Below are positions 56,987-64,000 of a stretch of 64,000 nucleotides of DNA, in pieces (positions within the stretch are counted from its first letter, which is position 1; each line of letters begins with the position of its first letter). Source of the DNA: an uncultured Solirubrobacteraceae bacterium (lineage in GTDB: Bacteria; Actinomycetota; Thermoleophilia; Solirubrobacterales; Solirubrobacteraceae); contig CAZPQW010000004.1 in assembly GCA_964588985.1 (NCBI GenBank), positions 96,001-160,000 of the forward strand, written 5' to 3'. The notes beneath the pieces were generated by a model that had not been told where the DNA came from, searched no databases, and saw only the letters and a program-made list of their open reading frames with translations. The position numbers and the translations under genes were made by a program.

Positions 56987-57939
56987 CCGGCGAACACGCG
57001 CGGCGAAGGTAGGCGCACGGAGAGGATCTGGCCCTCCGTGAGTTCCAGCTCCTGGGCGTTCTCGCGCGTGACCTGGGCCCAGATCTCCCGGCCGTCGTGG
57101 AGCTTGAGCTCGACGCGGACCTCGAAGCCGAGGTGCACGACGCGCTCGACGAGCGCCTCGCTGCCGGTGCCGTCGTCCTGCGCCAGGATCTGGATGTCGT
57201 GCGGGCGCACAAACGCGTCGCCGAGGCGGTTGACAGGGCCGATGAACGACATCACGAACTCGTTCGCCGGACTCTCGTAGAGATCGCGCGGTGCTCCGGC
57301 CTGCTCGACGCGCCCCTTGTTCATCACCACGATCTGCTCGGCGACTTCCATCGCCTCCTCCTGGTCGTGGGTGACGAAGATCGTGGTCACGTGGATCTCC
57401 TCGTGCAACCTGCGCAGCCATTCGCGCAGCTCCGCGCGCACCTGCGCGTCGAGCGCGCCGAACGGCTCGTCCAGCAGCAGCACCTGAGGCTGTACGGCGA
57501 GCGCGCGGGCGAGCGCCATCCGCTGCAGCTGGCCGCCCGAGAGCTGGGAGGGGTAGCGCTCGGCGAGGCCGTCGAGGCGCACGAGGCCGAGCAGCTCCTT
57601 GACGCGCTCCTGGATCTCGGCCTTGGGGCGCTTGCGCACGCTCAGCCCGAAACCGACGTTGTCGTGCACGGTCATGTGCTTGAAGGGCGCGTAGTGCTGG
57701 AAGACGAAGCCCACGCCGCGAGTTCGCGCTGGGGAGTTGGTGACGTCCTCTCCGCCGATCAGCACCTCGCCCGTGTCAGGTGTCTCGAGGCCCGCGATGA
57801 TGCGCAGCAACGTGGACTTGCCGCTTCCGCTCGGCCCCAGGAGTGCCGTCAGGGCGCCGTCGCCGACGGTGACGTTGACGTCTTCGAGCGCGACGAAGTC
57901 GCCGAATTTCTTGCCGACGTTGCGAGCCTCGATCGCCAT
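56983..57939 (-). CDS. cysA: Sulfate ABC transporter ATP-binding protein
   Basis: [29 protein letters not shown]. Confidence 0.93.
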   Translation of the reverse strand: MAIEARNVGKKFGDFVALEDVNVTVGDGALTALLGPSGSGKSTLLRIIAGLETPDTGEVLIGGEDVTNSPARTRGVGFVFQHYAPFKHMTVHDNVGFGLSVRKRPKAEIQERVKELLGLVRLDGLAERYPSQLSGGQLQRMALARALAVQPQVLLLDEPFGALDAQVRAELREWLRRLHEEIHVTTIFVTHDQEEAMEVAEQIVVMNKGRVEQAGAPRDLYESPANEFVMSFIGPVNRLGDAFVRPHDIQILAQDDGTGSEALVERVVHLGFEVRVELKLHDGREIWAQVTRENAQELELTEGQILSVRLPSPRVFAG

Positions 57940-58745
57940 CAGACGGCCACCTTTCGATGGGTGCGCCGGGTCAGCAGGTTCATCGCGAGCAGCGTCCCGA
58001 GCGCGAGCAGCGCGAGCACCACGGCGGCGGTGTAGGCGCCCGTGGGGTCGAAGTTCTCGAAGCGATCCTGCACGAACAGCGGCAGCGTCTGCGTCTGGCC
58101 CTCGATCCGCCCGGAGACGATGCTCACCGCGCCGAACTCGCCGAGCGCGCGCGCGGTGGTGAGCACGACGCCGTAGACCACGCCCCAGCGGATGCCGGGC
58201 AACGTGATGCGCCAGAACGTCTGCCAGGCGCTCGCGCCGAGCGTCTCGGCGGCCTGCTCGGCGTCGATGCCGAGCTCACGCAGCACCGGCATCGTCTCGC
58301 GCACGACGAACGGCAGCGACACGACGGCGGTAGCGATCACCATCCCGGGGACGGAGAAGATGACCTGGATGCCCTGTTCGGCGAGCCAGTCGCCGAGCCA
58401 GCCGGTTTTGCCGTAGACGAGTACCAGCGACAGGCCGACTACGACCGGCGAGATCGCGAACGGCAGGTCGATCAGCGTGCCCAGCACCGCCTTGCCGCGG
58501 AAGCGGCCGCGCTCGAGCAGCAGCGCCATGCCGATCCCGAACGCGGTGTTCAGCGGCACCGCGATCGCGACGATCTCGAGCGACAGCCAGAAGGCGTGCA
58601 CCGCGTTGGGCTGGGTGATGGAGCTCCACACGGGGGAGAGGCCGTGTTCGAACGTGCGGTAGAAGATCATCGCGACCGGCGCGAGCAGCAGCAGCGCGAG
58701 GTAGCCGAGCGCGACCGTGCGCACGCCGTACTTCCTAAAGGACAT
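57939..58745 (-). CDS. cysW: Sulfate ABC transporter permease CysW
   Basis: [30 protein letters not shown]. Confidence 0.93.
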   Translation of the reverse strand: MSFRKYGVRTVALGYLALLLLAPVAMIFYRTFEHGLSPVWSSITQPNAVHAFWLSLEIVAIAVPLNTAFGIGMALLLERGRFRGKAVLGTLIDLPFAISPVVVGLSLVLVYGKTGWLGDWLAEQGIQVIFSVPGMVIATAVVSLPFVVRETMPVLRELGIDAEQAAETLGASAWQTFWRITLPGIRWGVVYGVVLTTARALGEFGAVSIVSGRIEGQTQTLPLFVQDRFENFDPTGAYTAAVVLALLALGTLLAMNLLTRRTHRKVAV

Positions 58746-59595
58746 GCTGGGACCTCTTGCGCAGGACGAACCCGAGCACCGCGAGCACGAGCAGCGCGAT
58801 CACCAGCAGGAACACCGACACGGCGGCCGCGGCTGGCAGGTTTTCGTCTTGGATCTGTCCGAAGATGTACACGGAGCCGACCTCCGTCTTGAACGGCAGC
58901 TCGCCGGTGATCAGCACCAGCGATCCGTACTCGCCGAGCGCGCGCGCGAAGCTGAGCGCGACGCCGGAGATGATCGCCGGGGCGAGCGTCGGCAGCACGA
59001 TCCGGCGCAGGATCGTGAACTGGCTCGCGCCGAGCGAGGATGCCGCTTCCTCCATCGAGCGGTCGAGCTCGAGCAGCACCGGCTGGACCGAACGCACCAC
59101 GAACGGCAGCGTCACGAACAGCAGCGCCAAGCCGATCGACGCGCGCGTGAACGCGACGTCGATGCCGACAGGGCTTTTGTTGCCATACAACGCCAGCAGC
59201 ACGACACCCGCGACGATCGTGGGCAGCGCGAACGGCAGGTCGATCAGGGCGTTGACGATCTTCTTGCCGGGGAACTCGTCGCGCACGAGCACCCACGCGA
59301 TGATCGTGCCGAAGAACGCGTTGATCGCGACCACGATCACCGCGGCGATCAGCGTTAGCTTGATCGCCGCCGTCGCCTCTGGATTGGAGACCTCGCGCCA
59401 GAACGCGCCCAGCCCGCCCGTCGAGGACTTCACGAGCAGCGCCGCGATCGGCAACAGCACGAGCGCCGTCAGGTAGATCCCGAGCACGCCCTTTCCGAGC
59501 GTGCCGACGCCGCGGGCTCCGATGCGAAACCCGCCCGCGGCGCCGCGCCTTCCAAGCGCGACCGATGAGGGGCTACTTGGCAGTGGAGACCCCAA
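58735..59595 (-). CDS. cysT: Sulfate ABC transporter permease CysT
   Basis: AWVLVRDEFPGK, DLPFALPT, FARALGEYGS. Confidence 0.93.
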   Translation of the reverse strand: MGSPLPSSPSSVALGRRGAAGGFRIGARGVGTLGKGVLGIYLTALVLLPIAALLVKSSTGGLGAFWREVSNPEATAAIKLTLIAAVIVVAINAFFGTIIAWVLVRDEFPGKKIVNALIDLPFALPTIVAGVVLLALYGNKSPVGIDVAFTRASIGLALLFVTLPFVVRSVQPVLLELDRSMEEAASSLGASQFTILRRIVLPTLAPAIISGVALSFARALGEYGSLVLITGELPFKTEVGSVYIFGQIQDENLPAAAAVSVFLLVIALLVLAVLGFVLRKRSQHVL

Positions 59596-60568
59596 GCGAC
59601 TGCTCGATCTTCGTCACGATCCCCGTTTCGGGTTCGAAGAATTCCTTGGAGACCTTCTTCCAGCCCCCGAGCGTGTCGATCGTGAACTGTCCCGCGGGCG
59701 TCGGGAACTTCGACGCGCCCGCGACTCCGGAAATCACCGGGCGGTAGCCCTTTTCGGCCCAGATCGCCTGGCCGGCGGGGGAGAGTAGGTATTCGACGAA
59801 CGCCTTCGCGGCCGTCGAGGAGCCCGCCACCGCGATCGGGTTCTGGATCTCGATCGTGTCCTTGGGGATCACGTATTCGATCGCCGCGCCCTTCTTCTTG
59901 TCGGAGATCGCCTCGTTCTCGTAGTCGATCAGCGCGTCGCCGCGGCCGGAGAGGAACGTCTGCAGCGCGTTGCGCGCGGAGCTGTCCTGGCTGACGACGT
60001 TGTGGAACAGCGTCTTCAGGTATTCCTGCGCCTGCGCGGGCGTCTTGCCTTCCTTCAGCTGCGCGCCGTAGGCGGCCATCACGTTCCAACGCGCGCTGCC
60101 GGAGGTGAACGGGTTGGGCGTGAGCACCTGCACGCCCGGCTTGACGAGATCTGCCCAGCCGGTTATGTGCTTGGGGTTGCCCTTGCGCACGATGATCACG
60201 GCCACCGAGTCGCTGACGAAGCCGTGTGTGGCGTTCTGGTTCCACGTGGGAGACACGAGGCCGGCCTTCACGAGCCGTTCGACGTCTGGTTCGAGCGAGA
60301 AGTTGACCACGTCGGCGTGCAGCCCGTTGGCGACCGAGCGGCTCTGTTCACCGGAGGGGCCGTAGGACTGGCTGAAGGAGACGCCTTTGCCCGCCGGCGT
60401 CGCCTCGAACGCGGGGATGAGCTTTTCGAAGACTCCCTGCGGCGTCGAGTAGGCCACGAGCGTCAGGTGCGAGCCGCCCGAGCTGGAGCTGGAGGACGAG
60501 CCGCATGCGGCAAGTCCGAGCGTGGCTGCGATCAGCGAGACGACAACGACGGCGGTGCGTTTGATCAT
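59573..60568 (-). CDS. sbp: Sulfate ABC transporter substrate-binding lipoprotein
   Basis: LAAC lipobox, SYGPSGEQSR, PNPFTSGSARWN, YENEA. Confidence 0.93.
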   Translation of the reverse strand: MIKRTAVVVVSLIAATLGLAACGSSSSSSSGGSHLTLVAYSTPQGVFEKLIPAFEATPAGKGVSFSQSYGPSGEQSRSVANGLHADVVNFSLEPDVERLVKAGLVSPTWNQNATHGFVSDSVAVIIVRKGNPKHITGWADLVKPGVQVLTPNPFTSGSARWNVMAAYGAQLKEGKTPAQAQEYLKTLFHNVVSQDSSARNALQTFLSGRGDALIDYENEAISDKKKGAAIEYVIPKDTIEIQNPIAVAGSSTAAKAFVEYLLSPAGQAIWAEKGYRPVISGVAGASKFPTPAGQFTIDTLGGWKKVSKEFFEPETGIVTKIEQSLGVSTAK

Positions 60569-60829
60569 GGTCACTTTCTGCGTAGAGAACATGGAAATGG
60601 GTTCCAAAGTGAGAAAGCCTACTGGAATTAGGACATATCCAAGCGAATCGAGTGGAAAGCACGGGATACCCCGGAGGGTGTCCACGGGCTTCTGTGCGAT
60701 ACGGCACATTCGATGCGGGGGCGTGCGCCTTCGGGTACCCTGTCAAGGGTCAAGGGCCGGCTCTGTCAAGGGTCGAGCTCGACGCCATCCCCTCACGGCG
60801 TCCCCGCATCCAAAAGGAGATTTCACCCG

Positions 60830-62155
60830 ATGTCAGCTTCACCGTCAGCCGTTTCGTCTGTCGACAGCCCTCCGGCCGCGGACGTCACCGAGGCCGCCGA
60901 GGCGGCGGTTCAGGCGATCACCGGCTCAGCCAACCAGGACGTGACGTTCTCGCTGGCGCTGACCCAGGACCAGAAGGACATCCGTGATTGGGTCCACGGC
61001 TTCGCCGCCGACGTGATGCGTCCGGCCGCCCACGAGTGGGACGAGAAGGAGAAAACCCCCTGGCCGATCATCCAAGAGGCCGCGAAGATCGGCCTGTACG
61101 GGTTCGAAGGCCTGGCGCAGTTCTTCGCCGACCCGACCGGCCTGACGCTGCCGATCGTCAACGAGGAGCTGTTCTGGGGCGACGCCGGGATCGGAATGTC
61201 GATCATGGGCACCGCGCTGGCGGTGGCGGCGATCTTCGGGCAGGGCTCGGGCGAGCAGATCGGCGAATGGATCCCGAGGTGCTTCGGCACCCCGGAGGAC
61301 CTGAAGGTCGCGGCGTTCTGCGCCTCGGAGCCGAACGCCGGCTCGGACGTGTCCGGCGTTCGCACGCGCGCGAAGTTCGACGAGGCGACGAACGAGTGGG
61401 TGATCAACGGCCAGAAGGCGTGGGCCACGAACGGCGGCATCTCCGACGTGCACGTGGTGATCGCGACCGTCGACCCCGAGCTCGGCTCGAAAGGCCACGC
61501 GGCGTTCGTCATTCCGATGAGCGAAGCGAAGGGCATCTCCGAAGGCACGAAGGTCTCCAAGCACGGCCTGCGCGCGTCGCACACGGCGGACGTGTTCCTC
61601 GACGACTGTCGCATCCCCGCCGGCTACGTGCTCGGCGGCAAGGAGAAGCTCGACGAGCGCATCGCGCGCGTTCGCGAGGGCAAGAAGGGCAAGTCCCAGG
61701 CCGCGATGCAGACCTTCGAGGCCTCGCGTCCGACGGTCGGCTCGCAGGCGCTCGGCATCGCCCGCGCGGCGTATGAGTACTCGCTGGAGTACGCCAAGGA
61801 CCGCGAACAGTTCGGCAAGAAGATCATCGAGAACCAGTCGATCGCGTTCACGCTCGCGCGCATGAAGATGGAGATCGACGCGGCCCGCCTGCTCGTGTGG
61901 CGTGCCTCGTGGATGGGGCGCAACCAGGTCCCGTTCGAGAACGCGGAGGGCTCGATGAGCAAGCTCAAGTCCGGCGAGGTGGCGGTGTGGGCGACCGAGC
62001 GTGCGATCCAGATCCTCGGCGGCAACGGCTACACGCGCGAGTTCCCCGTCGAGCGCTGGCACCGCGACGCGAAGATCTACGACATCTTCGAGGGCACCGC
62101 CGAGATCCAGCAGCTGGTGATCTCGCGCGCGATCTCCGGGATGCACATCAAGTAG
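60830..62155 (+). CDS. Acyl-CoA dehydrogenase
   Basis: SEPNAGSD, NGQKAWATNG, REQFGK, QILGGNGY, IFEGTAEIQ. Confidence 0.96.
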   Translation: MSASPSAVSSVDSPPAADVTEAAEAAVQAITGSANQDVTFSLALTQDQKDIRDWVHGFAADVMRPAAHEWDEKEKTPWPIIQEAAKIGLYGFEGLAQFFADPTGLTLPIVNEELFWGDAGIGMSIMGTALAVAAIFGQGSGEQIGEWIPRCFGTPEDLKVAAFCASEPNAGSDVSGVRTRAKFDEATNEWVINGQKAWATNGGISDVHVVIATVDPELGSKGHAAFVIPMSEAKGISEGTKVSKHGLRASHTADVFLDDCRIPAGYVLGGKEKLDERIARVREGKKGKSQAAMQTFEASRPTVGSQALGIARAAYEYSLEYAKDREQFGKKIIENQSIAFTLARMKMEIDAARLLVWRASWMGRNQVPFENAEGSMSKLKSGEVAVWATERAIQILGGNGYTREFPVERWHRDAKIYDIFEGTAEIQQLVISRAISGMHIK

Positions 62156-62186
62156 CCAGCTGGAGTCTCCGTAACTGATCGGGGGG

Positions 62187-62215
62187 TTGACAGTTAGCAA
62201 CCTCCCGATTAGTTT
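62187..62215 (+). promoter_or_regulatory. Housekeeping-sigma promoter TTGACA-N17-TAGTTT
   Basis: Consensus -35 with 17-bp spacer upstream of secreted protein gene. Confidence 0.7.
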
Positions 62216-62293
62216 TTCTCAAGTAGGGAGATGGGGAATGGGCTTGCGACGCCGCACGGCGTCGTGGGTCTGACGATGGAGAACGGAGACAAC

Positions 62294-63094
62294 ATGATTG
62301 GAAGGATTCCTGCGCGTGCGGCGAAGCTCGTCGTGGCGCTACTCGCGATGAGTGCCGCGTCGGCCGCCACGGCAAGCGCGTCGACGTCGATCTACGACAA
62401 CATCCCGATGCCGCTGCCGGGGAACATGGTCTCGATGGCGTTCGAGGCGACCTCGACGTCGGAGTTCGGCGCACAGGTCGAATTCGCGGGCACGGTCCGC
62501 AAGAACCCGACGGTCACGGTCACGATGAGCAGCTGGGCGTGTCAGAACCTGAAAGGCGGCGCGGCGTGCCTCACGGCATCAGGCGCGACGTTCGAATGGC
62601 CAATCACGCTGAACGTGTATGCGGTCGGCGCGGGCAATGCGCCCGGTGCGCTGCTGGCGACGCAGACGACGACGTTCAAGATCCCGTATCGCCCGTCCGC
62701 CAACACGAAGAAGTGCTCGCTGACGGCCGAAGGCGTGATCGGCTGGGGCAAGGAATGCTATTCCGGCAAGACGCACAACATCACGTTCCACCTGTCCGGC
62801 GTTACGTTGCCGGCGAAGGCGATCCTGGCGATCGCCTACAACACGAGCGACTACGGCTACGCGCCGACGCACGGGCCGGACATCGGGCAGGACTCGATGA
62901 ACGTGGCCGTGCGCGAACCGGCCGAAGGCGGCCCGTCGGTCGGAAGCGACCCGCTGCCCTCCGGCGCCTACCTGAACTCGCTGTGGTCCGGCGCGTACTG
63001 CGAAGGCGCGCTCGGGACGGGCACGTTCCGGCTCGACGAAGGCTGCTGGACCGGCTACCAGCCGGCGATCGCGGTCAAGGCCGTCAAAGGCTGA
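62294..63094 (+). CDS. Secreted beta-rich hypothetical protein
   Basis: Signal peptide ATASA; several Cys pairs; MSSWAC, IPYRPSA motifs. Confidence 0.78.
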   Translation: MIGRIPARAAKLVVALLAMSAASAATASASTSIYDNIPMPLPGNMVSMAFEATSTSEFGAQVEFAGTVRKNPTVTVTMSSWACQNLKGGAACLTASGATFEWPITLNVYAVGAGNAPGALLATQTTTFKIPYRPSANTKKCSLTAEGVIGWGKECYSGKTHNITFHLSGVTLPAKAILAIAYNTSDYGYAPTHGPDIGQDSMNVAVREPAEGGPSVGSDPLPSGAYLNSLWSGAYCEGALGTGTFRLDEGCWTGYQPAIAVKAVKG

Positions 63095-63122
63095 GCCGAG
63101 GTCTGAGAGGAGAGCGCCGGAT

Positions 63123-63148
63123 GAGGGCCTCGCTTCGGCGGGGCCCTC
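63123..63148 (+). terminator. Hairpin with TTCG tetraloop
   Basis: GAGGGCCTCGC-TTCG-GCGGGGCCCTC after stop. Confidence 0.65.
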
Positions 63149-63240
63149 GCCGTCTCCGCGGCGTACCCGCCGTGCGCTAAGTTCCCACGCTGGCAGGACG
63201 CGCCCAGGCCGGGAGCTGGTCTCCCGTGGATCGGAGGCAG

Positions 63241-63855
63241 ATGTCAGCGGACGAGGACTGGCGGCTCATCGCCCAATGCGATGAGGATTTGACAGGCGGA
63301 GCGCTCGATGCGCTACGCGGCAAGGTCCGTGGCAGTGGCGTGCTCGGCGACGTGGAGGCCGCGGTCGCGCACGACGTGGTGATCACGCACGACGGTCGCA
63401 GGCTGTTCGCCTACGCCGCCAGCGAGGAGGCCCTGTCTGCAGCGCGCGGTGCGATGGAGAACGTGCTGCTTCAGGACCAACGCACAGCGGAGATCGTCGT
63501 CAGCCACTGGGACACGCAGCTGGACGCGTGGCGGCAGATCGATCCTCCGCTCGTTGGCGAGGCCGCCGCAAGCGAGCAGGCTGCCGAGCGCGACGCCGAG
63601 ACTCCCGAAACGAGCACGGTCGTGGCAAGCGCAGGCAGGGAGGTGCGCGCATCCTTCGAGAGCTCGCTCCAGACGTGGGCGCAGCAGCTTGGCATCACCT
63701 GCACGATCGTCGAGCATCCGCACCTGCTGACGACTCAGGTCGCGTTCACCGTCACCGGTCCGCGCCGCAAGATCGAAGAGTTCCGGGAGGGGCTGCGGGC
63801 AGAGGCGGTGGCCACCATGCGCGCCGAGCGTCAGGTGATGATCAGTCCGCTGTAG
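63241..63855 (+). CDS. Hypothetical protein
   Basis: High-GC3 ORF with alpha/beta composition. Confidence 0.7.
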   Translation: MSADEDWRLIAQCDEDLTGGALDALRGKVRGSGVLGDVEAAVAHDVVITHDGRRLFAYAASEEALSAARGAMENVLLQDQRTAEIVVSHWDTQLDAWRQIDPPLVGEAAASEQAAERDAETPETSTVVASAGREVRASFESSLQTWAQQLGITCTIVEHPHLLTTQVAFTVTGPRRKIEEFREGLRAEAVATMRAERQVMISPL

Positions 63856-63888
63856 CGGCCGATCGGCAGACGAGCCTGTGCTGTGTTG

Positions 63889-64000
63889 CTACCAGGCCTG
63901 GTCGGTGCCGCAGTGCGGGCAGACGACGCTGGTCGATACGTCCGCGCTGAACAGGTAGCCGCACGCGCAGCTGTAGGAGGCGTGATCCTCGGGCCCGCCG
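63889..64000 (-). CDS. Small zinc-ribbon protein, C-terminal part (5' end outside window)
   Basis: Manual translation GGPEDHASYSCACGYLFSADVSTSVVCPHCGTDQAW*. Confidence 0.7.
   Translation of the reverse strand, partial: GGPEDHASYSCACGYLFSADVSTSVVCPHCGTDQAW

Noticed and set aside
1-64000. Many long overlapping Arg/Ala/Pro-rich ORFs in the track (e.g. 44956-47043 +, 53739-56024 +, 19311-20882 +)
   Set aside because: Shadow frames of real genes in high-GC DNA; no recognisable motifs

Overview
High-GC (about 70% by eye) actinobacterial chromosomal DNA, most similar in gene content to Thermoleophilia/Solirubrobacterales (inference, no search run). Layout: 1-7.4 kb core-like genes (MarR, DedA, Ser/Thr kinase operon, argS, ccmH/tlpA) ending in tRNA-Gly(CCC). 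About 7.5-12.3 kb is a lower-GC island remnant (HNH nuclease relic, orphan B12-binding CarH-like regulator flanked by an 11-bp inverted repeat, two XRE genes, adhesin-like protein). 12-18 kb holds stress genes sharing an 18-bp palindromic motif and a candidate ~117-nt structured RNA. Next come an MMPL/MerR locus, an ECF sigma + STAS/RsbW/SpoIIE module, a small gene behind a perfect SOS box, and a C1-peptidase/metallophosphatase pair. The most notable block (39.0-49.5 kb) combines a YtpB/DUF2600 large-terpene synthase with a cis-prenyltransferase, a FtsX-type ABC system with one degenerate ATPase, two secreted proteins, a GGDEF-EAL protein and PadR/IclR-HTH regulators. The rest encodes Zn/Mn, Fe3+ and sulfate uptake and an acyl-CoA dehydrogenase. 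All calls are by motif recognition; start codons are best guesses.
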